This document shows positions 46,519 to 55,330 of a stretch of 64,000 nt of DNA, in pieces. Numbering within the stretch: the first letter of the stretch is position 1; every line of letters starts with the position of its first letter. The stretch comes from a virus. Position numbers and translations under genes: made by a program. The notes under the pieces were generated by a model. That model did not search any database. It saw only the letters and a program-made list of their open reading frames with translations, and was not told the origin of the DNA. The stretch lies in IMG/VR virus record IMGVR_UViG_3300015263_000599, positions 30,453 to 94,452 of that record; one strand, given 5' to 3'.

Positions 46519-46959
46519 ATGCGATTCAAGGAATGGTTACAGAACGAAGCCGGTCATTTCATGCTGGCAAACCCAGCCAACATCTGGGTTCTCTATCACG
46601 GTCGTCCCGCCATGCTTCAAGGTGTGACGATGGTAGACCCCCGCTTTGAGTTCATGAATGTGCCAAATCCAACATTCGATTTGGATGATCCAAGAGCGAG
46701 AATGGCGCAGGGGAGAAAGTTCTTGGGCCAATTCACTTTCTCATTGCCGGTTGTCGATCCAGAAGGAAAGCGAATCATTCGCTGGATCGTGGTGCCCCGA
46801 GAGAACGGCACAATGCTTGGCGGCGGACAGAAAGCCCATATCGCCGCCAGCCCAGAGGGCGTCAAGGCTCCTCTGGACTGGGCAGATCACGCCGACATCA
46901 TGGATGACAGTGGTGCCATCCCTGCCACTTATGGCGGCAATGTCGCCGATGCAGGATAA
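46519..46959 (+). CDS. Hypothetical protein with MRFKEWLQNE N-terminus (possible virion-internal protein)
   Basis: N-terminus resembles T4 capsid-targeting sequence; TATATA just upstream. Confidence 0.65.
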   Translation: MRFKEWLQNEAGHFMLANPANIWVLYHGRPAMLQGVTMVDPRFEFMNVPNPTFDLDDPRARMAQGRKFLGQFTFSLPVVDPEGKRIIRWIVVPRENGTMLGGGQKAHIAASPEGVKAPLDWADHADIMDDSGAIPATYGGNVADAG

Positions 46960-46961
46960 AA

Positions 46962-47218
46962 GGACTGGTCCCCTGTAGCCGGGATTCTGTCGAGCGTCGT
47001 CATTTATCTCAGTCTTTCGACTGGCGGTTTCCCGCTGCCACAACCCGGCCTCAAAGCACTGCTCACCTGCTCAGCCTGCTCGTGTTGCATCCTCGGTGGT
47101 GAAAGCGACTCCAGCGAAATTTTACTCCCGCCTTCCCAGTCTCCCACCTTAAGCAGAGATGTCCCGAACTTCCTCAAAGGGCCTGTGACGCCCCCTGCGA
47201 CGACGTAGGGACCAGTCC
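46962..47218 (-). ncRNA. rnpB: Minimal RNase P RNA (catalytic domain intact, specificity domain strongly reduced)
   Basis: P1 GGACTGGTCCC/GGGACCAGTCC; GAGGAAGTTCGGGAC; AGATAAATGACGAC; ACAGAATCCCGGCTAC; P4 pairing with bulged U. Confidence 0.88.
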
Positions 47219-47270
47219 AATTTTTGTATTGCACTTTATTAGACGGCAAAAATCAATCCACGGTTCAACC

Positions 47271-47299
47271 TTTACTGAGAATTTTTTGTGCCATAAAAT
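47271..47299 (+). promoter_or_regulatory. Sigma70-like promoter
   Basis: TTTACT-17 nt-TAAAAT. Confidence 0.55.
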
Positions 47300-47337
47300 G
47301 AGGATACGCAATGGCCCCGTCTCAAGGGAGAATCCCA

Positions 47338-50300
47338 ATGGAACCCGGTTACTACCGCCTCATCAAGCCGTACAAAGAAGATGACGACGCTGATGATGCG
47401 TGGGTGGTCGGGCAGCTTGTGTACTTCGTCGGTTGGCATGGTGATCAAGTCCATGTCGTCTATGGAGATTCCGGCTGGTATCTCAGCGAAGAAGAGTTCG
47501 TCGATCATTTCGAATTCGCTCCCGAGGGCCTGCAAGAGCGTCAGCAGAGGATGGCTGATCTCATGTCTGGGCTACACAACCTTGGGGGTCGGACGGACCA
47601 CCTGTTGACGGAACAGCAGTCCCTTCCGGCCCTCACATTTCAAGACCCGGACGAAATCGAAGCCGAATTTGAGGTAGTCTCCACTGAGGAAACCGAAGAG
47701 GCTCCTGAGCAAGAGCAGTTCAACGCTCTCAGCACCACAATGTCTGACCAAATCGCACATGCGGCGGGCGGCATCAAGAAGGTGAAAACTCGGTTGGCGA
47801 CGGTTCGCAAGCAGATTGCTCGACGCAACAAAGAACTCCAGCTTCTCATCAGAGAGCAGGAATTGATTCTGCGTGAAAAGGTCAACGCTCTCACCGAACA
47901 GATGGAGATGGCCGGTGAAGCCATCTACATTCTCAACGCCTATCTCGGCAAGGACGAAGAACTCGTTCGCATCAAGAACGGAAAGCGTGCCGACGCCGAC
48001 GAAAAGCTCGTCATTCGCCAGTTGATTCTGTACATGGATGAAGAGGCTGCGGCGGCTGAGCAGTGGGCGGAACGAGGCGGCATCGACTTCCAGAAGATCG
48101 AAGAGTTCGACAAGTGGGTGGTCAAACCACAGAACCTCGATCAAGTCTGCCCAGAGAAGAAGGGTATCGTGGCAATCAAACCACGACGCAACGACAAATT
48201 CTATTCCGACAATCCGTTCGAAAATGCCGAACTCAACCGGGCCAACAAGTGTCTGTACTTGTTGGTACGGAACGGCGATCTCGTTTACCGCATCTACACT
48301 AGCCTGTGGTTGCAGGATGTGCTCTTCCCTCGCAAAGACGAGTTCGAGGGGTACTTCTACGAACGAGACTACGATTGGGACACACACGAGCGAGTGCGGA
48401 AGCCGATGCGGCCCGGTAGTGCGAAGTACATGGAAGCCATGAAAGCGTCGGACAAGCACCGTCGCCGCTTCTACGCCGCATTACTGCTGATCCAAGGCAT
48501 TCTGGATCGCACTAAGGTTTTGCAGCCGTTGCCGGTCGAAGGTCGGCTCAATATCGTAGACATCCACGAGTCGGTGAAGTATTGCACCTTCCTGCAAGAC
48601 GCCGAGAACCTGTTGGGCGATGGACGGCCCAAGTTCCGAGACTGGCTGGATCAGGTGAATTCCACCATCGGCGTCGGCTCCCGAATCATCGGGAACTTCG
48701 GCGGATACAGCAACGACGAATACACTGCCAGTTGGACACGGGAAGAACGTCGGAAACATCCTCGTTCAGCGAGAAGCCCACGAGACGACTCCATTTACGT
48801 TTTGGAGACGAAGGACGGCGGATACTTCAAATTCTACTACTCCCGTGAAGGCGAGACTGTTTATCACGGTTGGGACGATTGGGGTGGCCGTCCAGCGAGA
48901 AACCGAGCGAGCTTCAAGATCGAGTCGAGTGACCGATTCATTTTGAACTTCGACGCCGCCACCATCGGCGATCTGGAATACTACATCAACTCACGATTGC
49001 ACCGGCATCAGTATGAGACCATGCTGCCGTTGATGAATGTTGCCGTGAAGATGAAGCGACGTGAGGCCAAAGAAGAAGAGCCTTTCCGTTATTTGCTCGT
49101 CGGCAGTATCATGGGTGCTCACGGCGTGAGTCAAACTGTCGCTGAAGATCGCATTGACCTGCTCATCAGTTGGTACAAGTTCAAAAACAAGTACCACCGT
49201 GCTTTGACGACGGACGACTCCAAGGCGTTGCGAATGATCGTCAAGGAGTTCGGACGCCGCTGGAAGCTGGAAAAGCAGCAGGTCGAGATGAAGGAAGATC
49301 TCGATGAGGCCGTCGAAGTTTTGTTGGACGACGAGCCAAACACGCTTGCCATCTTCCATCGTCGAGACAATCAGTACGTCGTGCTCAAGTGGCACAACGA
49401 ACAGAACATCTTTGTGCGGGAAGAGCACTGGGAAGATATCGACAATGATCTCAAGTGCGTGAAGGTCGTCGAGTGGAAGACACTTGACGCTCGGCACAAG
49501 AGTTGGACGATTCTGTGGAACCATCCTCGCTGGGACGAATGGGATGCTCAAGCCAGTGAGAATGAGCACATGTCCGACCCTGAGCGTGAGCAGGCCATGG
49601 CGTATGGCATCAAGGCTTTGGGGAACAAAACCCAGCTACGGAAGAAGGTGTTCGGTTGGTACGACAAACCTTCTCGCAAGGAAGAATGGCTCGCACCGCT
49701 GGCTGCTGTTTTTCTGGATAGCGGGAAAGCGTGTGTCTACTTCTTAGAAGTTCATGCGAAGTTCCCCAAGGAAGGCAGCCTGACAGAGAAAGCCAAGTCT
49801 CCCGTTATGGGGAGATTGATCGTTGGCTTTAAGAAATCAAGCAAGGGGATTGAATTTTCAGTCGAAAACGTCAACACTGTGTCTTGTGGCTATGAGGGCA
49901 AAAAGGCACCATGGAACTTCGAGTACAGCGAATCTTTGGACTCAGGCCGCAGTCTCGCCGTCTGCAAGAAGCTTTGGCAGGAGAACATTGATGCTGCCAT
50001 CGCAGAAGTCCGAGAAGTCAAGGCGTTCAACGATGCCATTCGTGAGAAGCTGAAGCCTGTTGACCGCATTGAAAGACAGTGCCACAAGGTTATCGAGGCC
50101 AAGTGGTGGGAGGACGAATACCGGCGATTCCACGAAGAGTACGATGATCCCGATGACGAACTGTGGGAAGACCACAAGGAGGAAATCAGAGAGCCCGGTT
50201 ATCACAACATTCACCCTCATTGGGTTGAGGGGGTTTTGGTCGCCTTGCTCGAAAATGGAATTGAGATCGACGGCATCACCATCGAAGAGGCCGTGAAGAC

Positions 50301-50433
50301 GGCGAAGAAGTTCAAGGTGAAGCTCGAAGATCGTCACCAAGAGAGCTACGAGGCATTGAAAGATGTTGTGTGCGATGCGTCTTTCGGGGTCAAAGAAGAG
50401 GAAGAAGATGATTGCGATTATGACGACGACTGA
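47338..50433 (+). CDS. Large (~1030 aa) hypothetical phage protein with N-terminal coiled-coil
   Basis: Long uninterrupted ORF, GGAG RBS; no recognisable catalytic motif. Confidence 0.85.
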   Translation: MEPGYYRLIKPYKEDDDADDAWVVGQLVYFVGWHGDQVHVVYGDSGWYLSEEEFVDHFEFAPEGLQERQQRMADLMSGLHNLGGRTDHLLTEQQSLPALTFQDPDEIEAEFEVVSTEETEEAPEQEQFNALSTTMSDQIAHAAGGIKKVKTRLATVRKQIARRNKELQLLIREQELILREKVNALTEQMEMAGEAIYILNAYLGKDEELVRIKNGKRADADEKLVIRQLILYMDEEAAAAEQWAERGGIDFQKIEEFDKWVVKPQNLDQVCPEKKGIVAIKPRRNDKFYSDNPFENAELNRANKCLYLLVRNGDLVYRIYTSLWLQDVLFPRKDEFEGYFYERDYDWDTHERVRKPMRPGSAKYMEAMKASDKHRRRFYAALLLIQGILDRTKVLQPLPVEGRLNIVDIHESVKYCTFLQDAENLLGDGRPKFRDWLDQVNSTIGVGSRIIGNFGGYSNDEYTASWTREERRKHPRSARSPRDDSIYVLETKDGGYFKFYYSREGETVYHGWDDWGGRPARNRASFKIESSDRFILNFDAATIGDLEYYINSRLHRHQYETMLPLMNVAVKMKRREAKEEEPFRYLLVGSIMGAHGVSQTVAEDRIDLLISWYKFKNKYHRALTTDDSKALRMIVKEFGRRWKLEKQQVEMKEDLDEAVEVLLDDEPNTLAIFHRRDNQYVVLKWHNEQNIFVREEHWEDIDNDLKCVKVVEWKTLDARHKSWTILWNHPRWDEWDAQASENEHMSDPEREQAMAYGIKALGNKTQLRKKVFGWYDKPSRKEEWLAPLAAVFLDSGKACVYFLEVHAKFPKEGSLTEKAKSPVMGRLIVGFKKSSKGIEFSVENVNTVSCGYEGKKAPWNFEYSESLDSGRSLAVCKKLWQENIDAAIAEVREVKAFNDAIREKLKPVDRIERQCHKVIEAKWWEDEYRRFHEEYDDPDDELWEDHKEEIREPGYHNIHPHWVEGVLVALLENGIEIDGITIEEAVKTAKKFKVKLEDRHQESYEALKDVVCDASFGVKEEEEDDCDYDDD

Positions 50434-50446
50434 CAAGGAAGTGTCT

Positions 50447-51307
50447 ATGCCTTCTCCCAGAGTGAAGAAGGTCTTGGATGCCACATCCAAGATCTTTGAT
50501 CACCCTACGTTTTATACAGCCAAGGGTCGTCAGGAAATCTTGCTCGATATGCCGGGGCAGGAACTCTATCACAAACGATCCTCCAAGTTGGCGACCGAAA
50601 GGTCCAACAATGGCTTTGAGCCCGAATTGCTGCCATGCTATGAGCAACCGCTTCTGACTGCCGAGCAGGAATACCATCTGTTTCGTCAGTACAATTTTTG
50701 GAAGCATCGGGCTCGCCAAGCGGCCAAGAGGTCGCACGCCACCTACGCAGAACACTGTCTGAAACAAGCCTATGGCGTCAGATCGGTTCTGGCTTGTGCC
50801 AACATGCGTCTGGCTCGCAATCTCTGGAAGAAGATCCATTCATCCCACAAGAGCGAAGTGCTCTCAGAAGGCTACATGAGCGTCCTACAGGCCCTTGAAG
50901 GGTTTGATTACCGGAAGGGCGTCAAGTTCTCGACCTACGCTACCTATGTCCTCCGCAGCCAAATGATGCGTGAGGCTCAAAGTTGGTTCCGAAAGACTCC
51001 TGCCCCGTTGCTAGGGGAGGAGCAAATTGTTGGAGGAGACGCTGGTGTTCTGAGAGAGAACCAGCAGGAGAGAAATGTCGATATCGTTGAAGATCTCCTT
51101 CGACGCACCGAAGATGAAAGAGAGCGGACGATTCTGATCTTGCGATTTGGATTGCAAGGAGAGCCCGCTCACACTCTCGAAGAAGTTGGCAAGAAGCTGA
51201 AGATCACAAAGGAACGTGTTCGCCAACTTCAGGACCGAACAATTGGCCGTCTCCGGGCGGCGGTTGATGAAGAAGGTTTGGAGTTCATTTTCGATGAAGT
51301 GGCATAA
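50447..51307 (+). CDS. RNA polymerase sigma-70 family factor
   Basis: LLTAEQE, ANMRLA, FDYRKGVKFSTYATY, LRFGL...TLEEVGKKLKITKERVRQLQ. Confidence 0.93.
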   Translation: MPSPRVKKVLDATSKIFDHPTFYTAKGRQEILLDMPGQELYHKRSSKLATERSNNGFEPELLPCYEQPLLTAEQEYHLFRQYNFWKHRARQAAKRSHATYAEHCLKQAYGVRSVLACANMRLARNLWKKIHSSHKSEVLSEGYMSVLQALEGFDYRKGVKFSTYATYVLRSQMMREAQSWFRKTPAPLLGEEQIVGGDAGVLRENQQERNVDIVEDLLRRTEDERERTILILRFGLQGEPAHTLEEVGKKLKITKERVRQLQDRTIGRLRAAVDEEGLEFIFDEVA

Positions 51308-51318
51308 AGGAGTCCGCC

Positions 51319-51636
51319 ATGCAATTCAGAACCAACCATCTCACGCTCGAACAGAAGCGTGATCTGTGTCAACGTGCGCACGACAAGTGCTTCAACTGGT
51401 GGGCCGACATTCTGGATTGCTCCCAGAGTTTCTGCCGTCAGAAAATCGATCTCACGTTCGAGGAGATCATGGCGAAGTTGGATAACCAAGCCTTCTTCAC
51501 TGTGATCCATCGCAACAACGGCTCCGAGGACCACTTGGAGATCGGGTTCCGCACGTCGGGCGACCCGGACTACTTCTTGTGGATGCAGTTGTTGCCAGAG
51601 CACATCCCTGAATTCACAGAGGGCCTTACGACTTGA
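51319..51636 (+). CDS. Hypothetical protein
   Basis: AAGGAG RBS. Confidence 0.7.
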   Translation: MQFRTNHLTLEQKRDLCQRAHDKCFNWWADILDCSQSFCRQKIDLTFEEIMAKLDNQAFFTVIHRNNGSEDHLEIGFRTSGDPDYFLWMQLLPEHIPEFTEGLTT

Positions 51637-52270
51637 GCAGGTAGACGATGACTTGGGTTGACTCAGAGAGTTGATCCAAGGCGATCTGGCTCGTCAGTGT
51701 GAGGCAGAACGCAAGGATGTCTGTGGGGTTGTAGTAGTACAGCCCCTCTTGCTGCGATTGCTCGGGCACCAGCGAAGATGAGGTGAGCGTAAAAGCGGCA
51801 CCTTTCTTGGCGAGAGCGAACATCTTGCGGATGTTCTTGCGGATATACCGCATCTGCAATCGTTCGGCAGATTCCTTGTCGATCCCCATCGCAATGTCGA
51901 GGTTGAATGGCCCAACAGCAAGCACCCAGTCGTGGGCCGTGTTGTAGGACTTCAGATCGGCCAACATGACGTTGGCATCGTTCCGTCGCTTGGCTGCCTC
52001 GATCATCTTCTCGCTGATGTCGATACCAGTGTAGAGCACGTCTTGGCCGGTGTAAGACTTCAGCCAAGGATAGAGGTCAGCGTGGCCGCATCCCACATCG
52101 AGGATACTGCCTTTGGAGAGGTCTCCTAGAGCCGTCATCGCCATGAACAGCCGTCGCTGATTCTGGATGGAATTCCACGCCGCAGCGGCCCAGCCTTCGT
52201 CAGAAACTTCGCAGGACGCATCAAATACTGTGGCGACATATTCGCTCTCAGAAAATTCGTGTTGCTCCAT
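51626..52270 (-). CDS. Class I SAM-dependent methyltransferase
   Basis: SILDVGCG, YTGIDIS..MI..A. Confidence 0.9.
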   Translation of the reverse strand: MEQHEFSESEYVATVFDASCEVSDEGWAAAAWNSIQNQRRLFMAMTALGDLSKGSILDVGCGHADLYPWLKSYTGQDVLYTGIDISEKMIEAAKRRNDANVMLADLKSYNTAHDWVLAVGPFNLDIAMGIDKESAERLQMRYIRKNIRKMFALAKKGAAFTLTSSSLVPEQSQQEGLYYYNPTDILAFCLTLTSQIALDQLSESTQVIVYLLKS

Positions 52271-52922
52271 CAACTGGCCTCACTTTCATTTCCACGAACC
52301 GATCCTTCGGGTGCGGTTTCAAGACATCTTCTTTGGTGAAGTCGGAAGACACTTCGAGCACCAAGTATTCTGTTTGGTCGAGCAACAGGGTGTCGCCGGG
52401 TTTGACAGCCTCGCTCAAATGGCTCATCTTGATGAACAGCTTGTCTCCAATCAAACCGAACTCTGAAACCCGAGAGAGCTTGCGGCTTTCCGGGAAGCGA
52501 TCATCGAGAAGCTCGTAGAGACGATGCTCCCAATGTTCGTTAGGCTCGACCGACAGGTAAGCCATTCCAAGGATGCGGCCACCTCCGTCGCAGTGCTGGC
52601 TGTCACCGACCATCACGGCCTTTTGTGGATCGATCTCCATGAAGTCTACAGCCTTCTGGAAGATCCTCACGTCGGGCTTGTGGTAGCCGTACAAGGCACT
52701 GGAGATGATGCACTCGAAGTAGCGGGCACACTTGATGTGCTCAAGGCTGCGTCGAATGTAGTGAGCGTCTTGATACCGTGATGTGTTCGAGATGATCCCG
52801 AGACGGTACGACTTCTCATAGAGACGCTGAAGCATCTGGGCAACCCAACCATTGGGATCGCCGGTGCCAGCATTATTGGAGAGCGTGTCTCCCCAGTCAA
52901 AAAGAACGGTGCTGTATTTCAA
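52248..52922 (-). CDS. HAD-superfamily hydrolase
   Basis: LFDWGDTL, IISN, KPDVRIF, MVGDS..CD. Confidence 0.9.
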   Translation of the reverse strand: MKYSTVLFDWGDTLSNNAGTGDPNGWVAQMLQRLYEKSYRLGIISNTSRYQDAHYIRRSLEHIKCARYFECIISSALYGYHKPDVRIFQKAVDFMEIDPQKAVMVGDSQHCDGGGRILGMAYLSVEPNEHWEHRLYELLDDRFPESRKLSRVSEFGLIGDKLFIKMSHLSEAVKPGDTLLLDQTEYLVLEVSSDFTKEDVLKPHPKDRFVEMKVRPVDGATRIF

Positions 52923-53197
52923 TCGTCGAACTCCAGTAGGTAATCACCCTCTTCAAGTAATCCCTTGCTGCACAGATCGCACATGAGGGCTTCGAGATCT
53001 TCGAGTTTTCCCATGTGATCTCGGTTCAAGTCTTGCCATGCTTCGATTGTTTCTTGGAGATCGTCTTCTGGTCCAATGCCGAAGACTTCCATGTATCTTT
53101 GGCCTTCCATGAAGTAGGGCACTTCGAACTTCTTGCCGTAGTTGGCTTGAATGAGGCGGTCAAGATCGCAAGCGTTGTATTTGATGTACTCTGACAT
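52919..53197 (-). CDS. Hypothetical protein
   Basis: AAGGA RBS; coupled to HAD gene. Confidence 0.65.
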   Translation of the reverse strand: MSEYIKYNACDLDRLIQANYGKKFEVPYFMEGQRYMEVFGIGPEDDLQETIEAWQDLNRDHMGKLEDLEALMCDLCSKGLLEEGDYLLEFDD

Positions 53198-53376
53198 GTG
53201 GCATCCTTTCACACATATAAGAGAGTTGGCGGCGCAAAAGGAGGGCCTCCTTTGAAATTATCTCTGGAGGCCCAAAGCGGCAGTAGTTCACCTTATTGAC
53301 CTATGCCAAGTTTTGACTCTCTTCTGCCGCTATCTTTGCTCTTCGTGAGGCTAAAGCTCGTTGAAGGTCTTTTACC

Positions 53377-54147
53377 TTATGCGAGAGTCACTCCATCGAC
53401 ACGAGGTGTACTATATCTACACGCCAACTCGTAAAAATGGTTAGCATATTCTACCCTGTTGGGACGGAATGTGGGAAGTCCTTTTGTATAAGAACCACGC
53501 ATCACATGGATCGCCACCGGCGTATTTTCATGCCAGAAAGTAGTTGGCGGCATCCCCGACCAGTTCACCGGCCCCAAATCTTTCCCGACGTAAGCCCCTA
53601 CCCTGAACGAAGTAAAGGGTTTTCCGCTCAACGCCACTCGCATCCTCCAGCCAACATCTTTCCCGTTTGTCTCTGTAGACCCTGCCATTTCAAAACTGAG
53701 TTCTTTAATTTCTGAGAGGCGAAAAGCACAGCCCCAACAAGCAGGGAAAGTTGGATCGCAGTCATAGCCATCCACGGAGACGCCTCCCGGATACTCGGCA
53801 CCCACAGCCACATCATTCTCCAAGAATGATTCGAGCCAAGCCAGATGGCCTTTGTGAAGCCAGAAGAAATCAGGATCTTGAGTGAGAAGAAATTCGCTGT
53901 TGGCGTTGTGAAGTACACGATCCAGTGAAGGGCCGTGTCCGTTTTGTGAGCGAGGCCATATCTCAAGGTTCTTATATCTGGTGTAAAACCTTCGTTTCAA
54001 CTCGTTCGAATTGTCGATGACGACAATTCGAAATTGATCAACCGGGTTGGACTCATAAAGAAAACGCAATTGGCATTGAAGGAAATCTTCCGACTCCCAG
54101 TTGACCATGGCGATTGTCCAGCGTTTTTTCTCGGAATAGAACAGCAC
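53377..54147 (-). CDS. GT-A (GT2-like) glycosyltransferase
   Basis: IAMVNWES, VVIDNS, GHGPSLD, LTQDPDFF. Confidence 0.7.
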   Translation of the reverse strand: MLFYSEKKRWTIAMVNWESEDFLQCQLRFLYESNPVDQFRIVVIDNSNELKRRFYTRYKNLEIWPRSQNGHGPSLDRVLHNANSEFLLTQDPDFFWLHKGHLAWLESFLENDVAVGAEYPGGVSVDGYDCDPTFPACWGCAFRLSEIKELSFEMAGSTETNGKDVGWRMRVALSGKPFTSFRVGAYVGKDLGPVNWSGMPPTTFWHENTPVAIHVMRGSYTKGLPTFRPNRVEYANHFYELACRYSTPRVDGVTLA

Positions 54148-54908
54148 TATCTAGTTAGCACTTCTACGCCTCGATCTGTGATCAGTACGGTGTGCTCGAA
54201 CTGAGCAGACAGCTTTCCGTCTTTCGTGCGTGCTGTCCACTTGTCTGCGGCATCGACATAGGCTTCAGCCACTCCCTTGTTGATCATTGGCTCGATGGTG
54301 AAGATCATGCCGGGCTCCATTTTCCTTTGTTCAAGTGCCCGTGACATATTGAAGGAGTGATCGATCTGGGGTTCTTCGTGGAACTCGACGCCCACACCGT
54401 GACCACAGAACTGATGAACCACGGAGCAGCCTCGACTCTTGGCATATTCTGTGATGGCTTTTCCGATCACAAAGAACGGTTGCCCTGATCGGCACTGAGA
54501 GATACCAATGTCCAAACAATCTTGAGTGATGGCAATCAACTCGCTGGCTTCATCTGAAACTGGCTGCACCTTATACATCTTGCTGGTATCGCCATAGTAT
54601 CCGTTAAGAATTGTCGTGACATCGATGTTGATGATGTCCCCTTCTTTGAGGATGTCCTTCTCGCTCGGAATTCCATGACACACCACCTCATTGAGCGAGG
54701 TGCAGATTGACTTTGGGAATCCCATGTAGTTTAGAGGGGCTGGGGTGGCACCATGATCACGGATGTAGGTTTCTGCCAAGCCGTTCAGATGTTCGGTTGA
54801 CACTCCTGCCTGAACGTGATCTTCAAGAAATCTTAGAGTATCTGCGGCCAACCAACAGCTTTTTCTAATGCCTTCGATTTGCTCCTCGTTCTTTATGATG
54901 ATTCCCAT
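54147..54908 (-). CDS. map: Methionine aminopeptidase type I
   Basis: FPKSICTSLNEVVCHGIP, GDIINIDV, GDTS, FCGHGVG, FTIEPMIN, SAQFEHT. Confidence 0.97.
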   Translation of the reverse strand: MGIIIKNEEQIEGIRKSCWLAADTLRFLEDHVQAGVSTEHLNGLAETYIRDHGATPAPLNYMGFPKSICTSLNEVVCHGIPSEKDILKEGDIINIDVTTILNGYYGDTSKMYKVQPVSDEASELIAITQDCLDIGISQCRSGQPFFVIGKAITEYAKSRGCSVVHQFCGHGVGVEFHEEPQIDHSFNMSRALEQRKMEPGMIFTIEPMINKGVAEAYVDAADKWTARTKDGKLSAQFEHTVLITDRGVEVLTR

Positions 54909-54975
54909 CGTCCATTTTCCAATCTAATAAGTGAGTGACTCTCATAAATAGAGTGTACCAAAAGGAGGAACAACT

Positions 54976-55275
54976 ATGAAAGGCATTCTTTTTGCTTTCG
55001 TTGCGGCGTTGGTGTTTTGTTTCGCTGGAGTCGCAGAAGCAGGACATCCTGCTCCGTGCCCTAACGGGAAGTGTCATGTGACACCTCATCATCACCATGG
55101 CGTGCAGCTTCATGTGCATCGGGGCTATGTGCATTTGCACTGGCAGCACCATCACTGGGGCCATCACCATTGGGGTCATTGGGGTCATCATCACCATTGG
55201 GGACACCACCATTGGGGACACCACGGACATCACCATGGGCACCATCATGGACACCATGGTCATCACCATCGCTAA
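54976..55275 (+). CDS. Secreted His-rich protein
   Basis: AAGGAGG RBS; signal peptide ending AEA; GHHHW/GHHG repeats. Confidence 0.75.
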   Translation: MKGILFAFVAALVFCFAGVAEAGHPAPCPNGKCHVTPHHHHGVQLHVHRGYVHLHWQHHHWGHHHWGHWGHHHHWGHHHWGHHGHHHGHHHGHHGHHHR

Positions 55276-55285
55276 GGGCGCAAAG

Positions 55286-55317
55286 AAAAAGCCCGGTCAT
55301 TTTTGACCGGGCTTTTT
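55286..55317. terminator. Bidirectional terminator
   Basis: AAAAAGCCCGGTCA/TGACCGGGCTTTTT between convergent genes. Confidence 0.85.
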
Positions 55318-55330
55318 CGCCTTTGGCTTC

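Noticed and set aside
47004-47249. 81-aa minus-strand ORF
   Set aside because: Coincides with the RNase P RNA, whose conserved motifs explain the sequence; TTG start with no RBS.
54865-55269. Met/Val/Pro-rich minus-strand ORF
   Set aside because: It is the antisense shadow of the His-rich gene (CAT/CAC codons read as ATG/GTG).
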